DNA of 61,084 nucleotides. Origin: a bacterium (lineage in GTDB: Bacteria > Patescibacteriota > Minisyncoccia > Minisyncoccales > PWPS01). This document shows, one piece after another, positions 8,889 to 17,208 of the stretch (its first letter is position 1; the number at the start of each line of letters is the position of its first letter). Location of the stretch: positions 1-61,084 of the forward strand of contig JAGYMX010000001.1 in the NCBI GenBank assembly GCA_018400405.1, written 5' to 3'. The position numbers and the translations under genes are program-made. The notes beneath the pieces are model-generated. The model made no database searches. It saw only the letters and a list, made by a program, of their open reading frames with translations, and was not told the origin of the DNA.

Positions 8889-8924
8889 TAAAAAACGGTG
8901 CTATTAAAACATAATAGCACCGTT
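8889..8924 (-). terminator. Strong intrinsic terminator between the KH-protein gene and trmD
   Basis: Minus strand: AACGGTGCUAUUA - UGUUU - UAAUAGCACCGUU (13 perfect bp) running into UUUUUUAG. It ends 15 nt before the trmD start. Confidence 0.75.
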
Positions 8925-8943
8925 TAACAAATTTGTGAAAGCT

Positions 8944-9267
8944 TTAGAGCTTAATATCTTCCAATCCTTCTTTCTTGTTTTCGGAAGAGTTGTTTTTCCC
9001 TTGGTAGCTTCCCCCACTTGGCTCAATAATCTTTAAATTAACTCTTGCTTTTCGCTTGAGTCCGATTATTCGAACAAGATTTCTAATTGCCCTTGCCGTT
9101 GAACCTTCCTTTCCGATAATTTGTCCCATATCGTCAGGATGAACTTTCAACGCAAGAAGCACTCCCATCTCATCTACTTTCCTTTCAACCTCTACCACAT
9201 CAGGATGATCTACCAAGTTTTTTACGATAAACTCTAAGAATTCCTTATCAGAAGCTTCTTTAGTCAT
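8944..9267 (-). CDS. KH-domain RNA-binding protein (YlqC/UPF0109-like)
   Basis: 107 aa. GxxG-type KH motif IIGKEGSTARAIRNL. Conserved position downstream of rpsP. Confidence 0.8.
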   Translation of the reverse strand: MTKEASDKEFLEFIVKNLVDHPDVVEVERKVDEMGVLLALKVHPDDMGQIIGKEGSTARAIRNLVRIIGLKRKARVNLKIIEPSGGSYQGKNNSSENKKEGLEDIKL

Positions 9268-9395
9268 GTTTTGTTTTTTAATCGTACAAAAATATATCGA
9301 CCTTTTCTGTTTTTTTCACTTTCTATAAAAAATTATCCTTTTATTACAGAAAGCTACTTTCTGTATTTTATATTTTTTACAAAGAAAAGTCAAAA

Positions 9396-9965
9396 TTATT
9401 CTTCTTTATCTTTGTCTTCTTTCTTTTCTTTTTCATCTTCGTCTTTTTTCTTTTCTTCCTCTTCTTTGTTATTTTTTCCTTCTCCTTCATTATTCTTTTC
9501 TTTTTCTCCCGGTAACTCTTCTTCCTTTTTTTTCTCTGAGGTTTCTTTTTCCGCTTTTTCTTTTTTTTCTACTAAATCTTCTTTACTTTTTGCTTCTTTT
9601 CCGGAAGACTCTTTTTCTTTTTCCGGTGTAGATTCTTCTTTTTTTTCTTCTGTAGAAAATTTTTCTTCTTTGGTAGCAGCTTTTTCTTTTCTTTTTTTAG
9701 AAAAAGAAACTACATCTTCTTTTTTTCCACGAAGAACTCCTTTTTTTATAAGAATATTTTTGACTACACCCGTTGGACACGCTCCTTTTTCTGTCCAGTA
9801 TAAAACTCTTTCTTTCTTAATCTCAAACTCTTTTGTTCTTGGGTTATAAAACCCGATATCTTCAACAAATCTTCCACTTGCGGGAGGATTGTTTTTATCG
9901 GTAACAACTATTTTATAAAAAGGTTGTCCTTTTCTTCCTCTTCTAAAAAATCTAATTTTTAGCAT
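9396..9965 (-). CDS. rpsP: 30S ribosomal protein S16 (bS16) with ~100-aa K/E-rich C-terminal tail
   Basis: MLKIRFFRRGRKGQPFYKIVVTD...GFYNP core. Residues ~88-189 are low-complexity K/E/S. Confidence 0.92.
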   Translation of the reverse strand: MLKIRFFRRGRKGQPFYKIVVTDKNNPPASGRFVEDIGFYNPRTKEFEIKKERVLYWTEKGACPTGVVKNILIKKGVLRGKKEDVVSFSKKRKEKAATKEEKFSTEEKKEESTPEKEKESSGKEAKSKEDLVEKKEKAEKETSEKKKEEELPGEKEKNNEGEGKNNKEEEEKKKDEDEKEKKEDKDKEE

Positions 9966-10674
9966 GACTTTTTTTTATTTTTAACCAACTTTTTTTAACT
10001 AATGCTTCTTTTGCGGCCTTTTCTTCTGCCTCTTTTTTTGACCACCCACTCCCCTTCCCAATAAGTGTTTCGTCTAAAAACACTCCTACGAGAAAGTGTT
10101 TTTGATGATCGGGTCCAGCTTCTTTTAAAACATTATAAGAAGGTGTCACTCCTACATCTTCTTGTGTTTTTTCTTGCAACTCTGATTTCGAATCTCGGTA
10201 AAGCTCAAGCTTAATTATCTCTGGTAATCGAGTTATAAGATTTTTTTTAATAAACTCCTCAGCAACCTTATACCCTTTATCTAGATAAACTGCTCCTATG
10301 AACGCCTCAAACGTATCTGCCAAAATACACAAACGGGCTTTTCCTTTTTCTCTTGCTTCTCCCTTCGAAAGAAGAAGGTAATCATAAAAATTAAGTTCTT
10401 CGGCGACAGTTCCTATTTCTTTTGTATTTACAAGTGCCGCCCTCCACGTTGTAAGCTCCCCTTCTGTTTTCTCAGGATAGTTAAAATACAAGTAACTAGT
10501 AACAACAAGTTCTAAAACAGCATCTCCAAGAAATTCAAGACGCTCGTTTTGCCCAAGATCAAAATCAGGATTTTCATTTAAATAAGAGCGGTGGCAGAAG
10601 GCTTGAATCAACAGATTCTTCTCCTCAAACTCCACTCCTATCTTTTTTTCCAAATCATTAAATTTTTCTTTCAT
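9952..10674 (-). CDS. rnc: Ribonuclease III
   Basis: 240 aa. Signature ERLEFLGDAVLELVV, C-terminal dsRBD (GSGWSKKEAEEKAAKEAL). The stop overlaps the rpsP start by 14 nt. Confidence 0.93.
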   Translation of the reverse strand: MKEKFNDLEKKIGVEFEEKNLLIQAFCHRSYLNENPDFDLGQNERLEFLGDAVLELVVTSYLYFNYPEKTEGELTTWRAALVNTKEIGTVAEELNFYDYLLLSKGEAREKGKARLCILADTFEAFIGAVYLDKGYKVAEEFIKKNLITRLPEIIKLELYRDSKSELQEKTQEDVGVTPSYNVLKEAGPDHQKHFLVGVFLDETLIGKGSGWSKKEAEEKAAKEALVKKSWLKIKKSHAKN

Positions 10675-10702
10675 ATCAGGTTAATTAAATTTTCAAACCC
10701 TT

Positions 10703-11140
10703 TTACTTTTTTTCACTTTCTTCTTCTATTTCTTTATAAACCGTTCCTAGCACTCCATTTACAAATCGTCCAGAACTGCTACCTCCAAACTGCTTAGCAA
10801 GCTCAATCGCTTCGTTAATAGCAACTTTTGGGGGGACTTCTTTTCTATCACCAAAAATAAGTTCGTAAAGCCCTATTCTTAAAACATTTCTATCAATTAT
10901 CGTTATCTTTTCAAGCGGCCACTCTGGGGCAGCAGCACTAATAATTTTGTCTATCTCTTCTTTATTTGCAACAACTCCTTCTATTAAGCTATAAACAAAA
11001 TCTGGATCTTTAAACTTTTCCGTAAACTCTGCAACATTTTTCCGTGCAATCTTTTTGCAGTCTTCGTCATCCCCTTTTGAAAAATCCCATTCATAAAGAG
11101 ATTGAAGTACAATTGAACGTGCCATGTGCCGAGAAGACAT
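10703..11140 (-). CDS. nusB: Transcription antitermination factor NusB
   Basis: [14 protein letters not shown]..., ...[13 protein letters not shown]. The track ORF begins at a TTG (11149). The first ATG is at 11140, and M at 11125 is also possible. Confidence 0.85.
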   Translation of the reverse strand: MSSRHMARSIVLQSLYEWDFSKGDDEDCKKIARKNVAEFTEKFKDPDFVYSLIEGVVANKEEIDKIISAAAPEWPLEKITIIDRNVLRIGLYELIFGDRKEVPPKVAINEAIELAKQFGGSSSGRFVNGVLGTVYKEIEEESEKK

Positions 11141-11152
11141 AATGTGCAAAAA

Positions 11153-11431
11153 TTATTTTTCCTTTTTTTTAGATAACGATCCCATCGTTAACGGTTTCTT
11201 TGGTGTTTCACTTTCTTTTTTTTCAACACCTTTCTTTTTTTCCGCTTTCTTTTCTTTCAAAACATCTATCACTTCTCTTCCTTTATAATACCCACATGTT
11301 TTACACACTGCGTGCATCAATTTTTTTCCTTTACACTGTGGACAATCAACAAGAGTGGGAGTTTGAAGATGAAGATGCATTCTTCTCTGATTTCTTCTTG
11401 ATTTTGTTTTTCTTTGTTTTGGTACAGCCAT
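11153..11431 (-). CDS. rpmF: 50S ribosomal protein L32 (bL32), Zn-ribbon form, with K/E-rich tail
   Basis: MAVPKQRKTKSRRNQRR start; CPQC...CKTCG. Confidence 0.9.
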   Translation of the reverse strand: MAVPKQRKTKSRRNQRRMHLHLQTPTLVDCPQCKGKKLMHAVCKTCGYYKGREVIDVLKEKKAEKKKGVEKKESETPKKPLTMGSLSKKKEK

Positions 11432-11501
11432 TTTTTTATTTTGTAATATATTGAACCTCTTTTGGTCTTAAAATCTCTAAAAAAGTGCTAAGACGAGTTA
11501 A

Positions 11502-11530
11502 ATCATACCAAAAAAACAATTTTTAATCAA
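11502..11530 (-). promoter_or_regulatory. Sigma-70-type promoter, TTGATT-17-TATGAT, upstream of rpmF
   Basis: Minus strand TTGATT(11530-11525) + 17 nt + TATGAT(11507-11502). Confidence 0.5.
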
Positions 11531-11535
11531 CCCTT

Positions 11536-12114
11536 TTAGAGGAGCTTAAAAGATTTTCTGTGAACAGGAGATACTCCGTATTTCTTTATTGCCTTTCGGT
11601 GTTTTTCTGTCCCATAACCCTTGTGAAAAGAAAATCCGTACAAAGGATATTTTTTGTGAAGATTCTCCATCATCTTATCTCTTTTTACTTTTGCAATAAT
11701 AGAGGCAATACTACACTCTAAAATTTTTTCATCGGCTTTTGGTAGAGATATCTGCTCTCCACAAAAATTTATTTTAAAATTTCCATCAATTAAGAAAAGT
11801 GAGTTTTTACAATCAATTTTTTGAAGAGCTTTTTCCATCGCACGTTTTGTTGCTTGCAGTATGTTTATTTTATCAATTCTTTTTTCAGAAACTACTCCCA
11901 TCCCCCACTCAAGAAAAGGATGTTTCATAAAAATCTTATAAAAATATTCTCTTTTCTTCGCTGTAAGTTTTTTTGAATCTTTTATCCCTAATTTCCAAAA
12001 AAAACTTCTTTCTTTTTTTATTTTTACTGCTACGGCAACAACCGGACCCGCCAAGGGACCTCTTCCCACTTCATCTAACCCAATAAGAAATCTTCTATTT
12101 GTTTTTTTTCTCAT
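11536..12114 (-). CDS. rnhB: Ribonuclease HII
   Basis: 192 aa. GLDEVGRGPLAGPVV active-site motif and DSKKLT. Confidence 0.92.
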   Translation of the reverse strand: MRKKTNRRFLIGLDEVGRGPLAGPVVAVAVKIKKERSFFWKLGIKDSKKLTAKKREYFYKIFMKHPFLEWGMGVVSEKRIDKINILQATKRAMEKALQKIDCKNSLFLIDGNFKINFCGEQISLPKADEKILECSIASIIAKVKRDKMMENLHKKYPLYGFSFHKGYGTEKHRKAIKKYGVSPVHRKSFKLL

Positions 12115-12193
12115 ATCTTATAGAATATTATAGAATTATAACAGTTTTCCTTTCTTTAAAGCAAAGTTTTATTATTAAAATCTATTTAATTAA

Positions 12194-15100
12194 ATGCCCT
12201 TCACTCATCTGCACGTTCACTCGGAATACAGTTTACTCGACGGTTTACCAAAAATAGATCAGTTGCTTGACTATGTTAAAGAAAAAAAAATGGATTCCGT
12301 TGCTCTTACCGATCACGGCGTTCTTTATGGAGCAATCGAGTTTTATAAAAAAGCAAAAGAAAAGGGAGTAAAGCCAATTATCGGAGCAGAACTTTACATG
12401 GCCACCGGAAAGATGGAGGAGAAAAGGCCAAATATAGATAACAAGTCATATCATCTTCTTCTTCTTGCAAAAAATAAAGAAGGATACTCTAATCTTGTAA
12501 AGCTCATTACAAAAGCTCACCTTGAAGGATTTTACTACAAACCACGAATAGATGAAGATACTTTGAAAAAACATGCAAAAGGACTCATTGCACTTACTGC
12601 CTGTATACAGGGAAAAATACCTCAACTCCTTCTTTCTAAAAAAGAAAAAGAAGCAAAAGATCTTGCCCTTTATTATCAAAATCTTTTCGGAAAGGATAGC
12701 TTTTATCTTGAGATTCAACACCATCCAAATATAAAAAAACAGGGAATAGTTAACGAAAAACTAATAAAGATAGCAAAAGAAACAGGGATTCCTTTGGTTG
12801 CTACCTGCGACTCTCACTACCTAAGATCAGAAGATGCCGAGACACAAGATATTCTAATGTCTATCGGAACAGGATCAGATATTAATGACCCCGAGCGTCT
12901 TACAATGCGTGAAGACGATTTTTCTCTCCGCTCACCAGAAGAGATGGAGAAAATTTTTCAAGATACTCCAGAAGCAGTAGAAAATACTCAAAAAATAAAA
13001 AATCTCTGTAATTTAGAGATAGAGCTTGGGAAAACAATACTCCCCCACTTTCCACTTGAAAGCGAAAACACTCCTGATAAAGAACTTAAAAAACTCTGTA
13101 AAGATGGAATAAAAAAACGTTACAAAAAAAATAAAGAAAAAGAGGCACTTGAAAGATTAAGAAAAGAGATGGAAGTCGTTGCAGGGGCGGGGCTTTCTTC
13201 TTACTTTTTAATTGTTCAAGATTTTGTAAAATGGGCAAAAAAAAATAAAATTGTTGTCGGTCCTGGAAGGGGAAGTGCAGGCGGATCAATTATTGCCTAT
13301 CTGTTAGGAATAACAAATATTGATCCACTACATTACGAACTTATTTTTGAAAGATTCTTAAATCCAGGAAGAGCAAAAGTTTCTCTTCCAGATATCGATC
13401 TTGACTTCGCCGATAGAAGAAGAGATGAGGTGATTCATTATATCGCCCAAAAATATGGTCAAGAAAAAGTTGCTCAAATTATTACTTTCGGAACAATGGC
13501 TGCAAGGGCAGCGATCCGAGATGTAGGAAGAGTTTTGGGATACTCCTACTCTTTTTGCGACAAGATAGCAAAAATGATTCCTTTTGGTTCCAATTTAAAA
13601 GAGACGCAAGAAGACGTAAGTGAGTTTCGACAAATTTATGATACAGATGAAGACGCGCGAAAGCTTATTGATCACGCAAAAAAGTTAGAGGGAGTGGTAA
13701 GACATGCGTCAACGCACGCTTGCGGAGTAGTTATCTCTGATAAACCTCTTAATAACATTGTCCCCTTGCAACATCCCACACAAAATGAAGGAACAGTGGT
13801 TACACAGTACGCAATGAATTATATAGAGGATCTCGGTCTCTTAAAAATGGATCTTTTAGGATTAAAAAACTTAACGGTTATTGAAGATACGTTAAAAAGA
13901 ATATACGTCGTAAAAAAAGAAAATATAAATATAGAAGAAATTCCTTTGGATGACAAAGATGCTTTTCGTCTTCTTCAAGAGGGAAGAACGGTAGGTATTT
14001 TTCAATTAGAGTCAGGTGGGATGCAGAGATATTTAAAACAATTAAAACCAACAGATATAGAAGAGGTTATTGCTATGGTTTCTCTTTACCGACCTGGTCC
14101 GATGAAGTTTATTCCTGATTATATTGAACGAAAACACGGAAAAAAGGAAATAACCTATCTCCATCCACGATTAGAGCCAATCCTGAAGCCGACTTATGGA
14201 GTTTGTGTTTATCAAGAACAAGTAATGAGAATTGCCGTAGAGCTTGCCGGATTTACATTAGAAGAAGCAGATGTTTTAAGAAAAGCTATCGGGAAAAAAA
14301 TAGAAAAACTTCTTAAGGGACAAAAAGAAAAATTTATAAACGGTATTATAAAAAATGGAATAGATAAAAAAATAGGCGAACAACTCTGGAGTTGGATCGA
14401 GCCCTTTGCTCAATACTCTTTTAACAAAAGTCATGCAGCTGCCTATGCACAGGTTGCTTACCAAACAGCATACCTTAAGACTCATTATCCAAAAGAATTT
14501 ATGTCTGCCCTTCTTACTGCCGACCAAAATGATACTGAAAGAATTGGCTTTCTTATCAACGACTGCAAAAAAATGAAGATTGAGGTTCTTCCTCCAGATA
14601 TAAATGAAAGCTTTATGGGATTTAGTGTTGTCCCCGAAAAACCACAGATTCGTTTCGGGCTTTCTGCAATTAAAAATGTAGGAATAAAAATCGTTGAAGA
14701 GATCGTTAAAGAAAGAAAAAAAAATGGTTCCTTTAAATCATTAAATGATTTTCTTACACGTATTGAATCTCAAAGTTTAAATAAAAAGTCAATGGAAAGC
14801 CTTATTCTCTCGGGAACATTTGACAAGTTTAAAGAAAGAGGAGAACTTCTTTATAATCTTAATCGCCTTCTTGAGTATAGTCGGGAAAAAAGAAAAAATA
14901 AAAACAACGGACAAGCAGGTCTTTTTGATACAGGAAAGGTAGAAACAGAAATAAAAATGGAAAAAGCAAAACCGTTAAGTGAGAGAGAAAAGTTAGAATG
15001 GGAAAAAAAGCTTTTAGGTCTTTTTATTACTGGTCATCCATTAGATTATTTAAAAGAAAAAATAAAAAATGGCGGAATTAGTATCAAAGAAGCAAAGAGG

Positions 15101-15358
15101 CAAATGTCTGATACTCGCGTAAGAGTAGGAGCAATTGTTTCTAATGTAAAGAAAATTATTACAAAATCCGGAGAACCAATGTATTTTGTCCGCATAGAAG
15201 ATCTTACTGATAATATAGAATTAATCGTCTTTCCACGCGCTTTGAAGAAGAATGGGACTCTTTTTGAAGAAGGAAAAGCTCTTTTTGTTTCTGGAAAAAT
15301 AAGCCACCGTGACGAAGTTCCAAAAATAATTTGCGAAAAAGGAGAAGAGATAAAGTAA
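12194..15358 (+). CDS. dnaE: DNA polymerase III alpha subunit
   Basis: 1054 aa. PHP domain start FTHLHVHSEYSLLDG, polymerase core (PDIDLDF), C-terminal OB fold. Confidence 0.95.
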   Translation: MPFTHLHVHSEYSLLDGLPKIDQLLDYVKEKKMDSVALTDHGVLYGAIEFYKKAKEKGVKPIIGAELYMATGKMEEKRPNIDNKSYHLLLLAKNKEGYSNLVKLITKAHLEGFYYKPRIDEDTLKKHAKGLIALTACIQGKIPQLLLSKKEKEAKDLALYYQNLFGKDSFYLEIQHHPNIKKQGIVNEKLIKIAKETGIPLVATCDSHYLRSEDAETQDILMSIGTGSDINDPERLTMREDDFSLRSPEEMEKIFQDTPEAVENTQKIKNLCNLEIELGKTILPHFPLESENTPDKELKKLCKDGIKKRYKKNKEKEALERLRKEMEVVAGAGLSSYFLIVQDFVKWAKKNKIVVGPGRGSAGGSIIAYLLGITNIDPLHYELIFERFLNPGRAKVSLPDIDLDFADRRRDEVIHYIAQKYGQEKVAQIITFGTMAARAAIRDVGRVLGYSYSFCDKIAKMIPFGSNLKETQEDVSEFRQIYDTDEDARKLIDHAKKLEGVVRHASTHACGVVISDKPLNNIVPLQHPTQNEGTVVTQYAMNYIEDLGLLKMDLLGLKNLTVIEDTLKRIYVVKKENINIEEIPLDDKDAFRLLQEGRTVGIFQLESGGMQRYLKQLKPTDIEEVIAMVSLYRPGPMKFIPDYIERKHGKKEITYLHPRLEPILKPTYGVCVYQEQVMRIAVELAGFTLEEADVLRKAIGKKIEKLLKGQKEKFINGIIKNGIDKKIGEQLWSWIEPFAQYSFNKSHAAAYAQVAYQTAYLKTHYPKEFMSALLTADQNDTERIGFLINDCKKMKIEVLPPDINESFMGFSVVPEKPQIRFGLSAIKNVGIKIVEEIVKERKKNGSFKSLNDFLTRIESQSLNKKSMESLILSGTFDKFKERGELLYNLNRLLEYSREKRKNKNNGQAGLFDTGKVETEIKMEKAKPLSEREKLEWEKKLLGLFITGHPLDYLKEKIKNGGISIKEAKRQMSDTRVRVGAIVSNVKKIITKSGEPMYFVRIEDLTDNIELIVFPRALKKNGTLFEEGKALFVSGKISHRDEVPKIICEKGEEIK

Positions 15359-15376
15359 CTCCAAAAATTATAATTA

Positions 15377-15406
15377 TTGACAAACAATAGAAAAAACTTT
15401 TATAAA
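15377..15406 (+). promoter_or_regulatory. Sigma-70-type promoter, TTGACA-17/18-TATAAA, upstream of thrS
   Basis: TTGACA at 15377-15382 and TTATAAA at 15400-15406. Confidence 0.55.
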
Positions 15407-15453
15407 ATACATCTTGATGTTAAAATAAGGAAATTATTATAAAAGAAAAAAAT

Positions 15454-17184
15454 ATGAAAGAAAAAAGACACTCTTTGGCACATATCCTTGCCATGGCAGT
15501 AAAAGAAATATACCCAGATGCCTTAATAGGGACAGGTCCGGCAATTGAAAACGGCTTTTATTATGATTTTGGTAATGTAGATATCAAAGAAGAAGATCTT
15601 CTCCGCATTGAAAAAAAAATGCGAGAGATTTTAAAAAAAAATATCTCTTTTGAAAACAAAATCGTAAGTAAAGAAGATGCAAGAAAAATTTTTGTAGAAG
15701 AACCATACAAGTTAGAGATTCTAAAAGACATTAAAGAAAAAAAAGTTTCTCTTTATAAAAGTGGGGGGTTCGTTGATCTTTGCAGTGGACCACATGTGAA
15801 AAATACAAAAAATATTGATCCAGAAAGTTTTTTACTTCAAAGAACGGCAGGAGCTTACTTTAAGGGATCTGCAAAAAACCCTATGCTTAAAAGGGTTTAT
15901 GGGATCGCTTTTAAAAATAAAAAAGAGCTTGAAAATTATATTGAGAAACAAAAAGAAGCAGAAAAAAGAGACCACCGCAAAATAGGAAAAAGGCTAGAAC
16001 TCTTTATGTTTGACGATGAAGTTGGGCAAGGCCTTCCTCTTTATCTCCCCAAAGGTGGAATGATTAGGTATCTTCTTATTAATTTTGCAATGGAAACATA
16101 CCTTCAAAACGGTTACCAGATAGTATCTACTCCTCATATCGCAAGAGAAGATTTGTGGAAACGCTCTGGACATCTTAAATTTTATAAAGATGATATGTAC
16201 GGCCCCCTCTCTGTTGACGAAAAAAACTACCGCTTAAAACCAATGAACTGTCCTTTCCATGTAAAAATGTACAATTCGAAAATAAGAAGTTACAAAGAGT
16301 TTCCTTTGCGTTGGGCAGAGATGGGTACTGTTTACCGTTATGAAAAATCGGGTGAACTCCACGGGCTCACAAGGCCACGTGGATTTACCCAAGATGACGC
16401 ACATATTGTATGTACAAAAAAACAACTAAAAGATGAAATTATAAAAGCTCTAAAAATAACACGCTATATATATTCTACGCTCGGAATGAAAGATCTATTT
16501 TTTAAACTTTCTGTTCGCAATCAACAAGAAAAAGAAAAATATTTTGGAACTGATAAATCTTGGAAAGAAGCAGAAAATTCTTTAAAGGAAGCCCTCCTCT
16601 CTTTTGCTCCAAATTATGAACTTGATGAGGGAGGTGCTGCTTTTTATGCACCAAAAATTGATATTGACGCGATGGATGCTGTTGGAAGAAGATGGCAACT
16701 CTCTACAATTCAAGTTGATTTTAATCTCCCCTTTCGTTTTCAAATGACCTATATCGATGAAAAGGGAAAAGAAAAAATCCCTTTTATGATTCACCGAGCT
16801 CTCTTGGGCTCTATTGAAAGATTTCTTGGAGTTTATATTGAACACACAGAAGGTGAATTTCCTCTTTGGCTCTCTCCTGAACAAATATGGGTTGTCCCTG
16901 TTTCAGAAAAAGCAGAAAATTACGGAAAAGAAGTAACGGCAAAAATAAAAGAAGAAGGATTAAGAGTTGTTTTTCAAGGAACAGAAGAAACTCTCTCTAA
17001 AACAGTAAGAAATAGTGAGCTCCAAAAAATACCTTATGTTTTAATTGTTGGAGAAAAAGAAATGAAAAAAGAAACAGTAAGCGTTAGGTACCGAGGAAAA
17101 AATGAAGGACCAGTTAATTTCAGTAAATTTTTAGAAAGGATAAAAAAAGAAACAAAGATTGAAAAATTTGAAGAAAAAAAATAG
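15454..17184 (+). CDS. thrS: Threonyl-tRNA synthetase lacking the N-terminal TGS domain
   Basis: 576 aa. It begins directly in the editing/second-additional domain (RHSLAHILAMAV). Class II core (RGFTQDDAHI) and C-terminal anticodon-binding domain are present. Confidence 0.92.
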   Translation: MKEKRHSLAHILAMAVKEIYPDALIGTGPAIENGFYYDFGNVDIKEEDLLRIEKKMREILKKNISFENKIVSKEDARKIFVEEPYKLEILKDIKEKKVSLYKSGGFVDLCSGPHVKNTKNIDPESFLLQRTAGAYFKGSAKNPMLKRVYGIAFKNKKELENYIEKQKEAEKRDHRKIGKRLELFMFDDEVGQGLPLYLPKGGMIRYLLINFAMETYLQNGYQIVSTPHIAREDLWKRSGHLKFYKDDMYGPLSVDEKNYRLKPMNCPFHVKMYNSKIRSYKEFPLRWAEMGTVYRYEKSGELHGLTRPRGFTQDDAHIVCTKKQLKDEIIKALKITRYIYSTLGMKDLFFKLSVRNQQEKEKYFGTDKSWKEAENSLKEALLSFAPNYELDEGGAAFYAPKIDIDAMDAVGRRWQLSTIQVDFNLPFRFQMTYIDEKGKEKIPFMIHRALLGSIERFLGVYIEHTEGEFPLWLSPEQIWVVPVSEKAENYGKEVTAKIKEEGLRVVFQGTEETLSKTVRNSELQKIPYVLIVGEKEMKKETVSVRYRGKNEGPVNFSKFLERIKKETKIEKFEEKK

Positions 17185-17208
17185 TACTTTTATTTATTCA
17201 CAGGTTTT

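Noticed and set aside
9271-9849. 192-aa plus-strand ORF (S/F-rich) opposite rpsP.
   Set aside because: It is the antisense reading of the purine-rich K/E tail of S16. It is pure low-complexity sequence with no start context, and rpsP on the other strand is unambiguous.
12115-12193. The divergent rnhB/dnaE junction (strand switch, tandem TTATAGAAT repeat), considered as a replication origin. The convergent junction at 20985-21000 was considered as a terminus.
   Set aside because: No DnaA boxes are present. The repeat looks like overlapping -10-type promoter elements. I cannot compute GC skew here, and 79 nt is short for an oriC.
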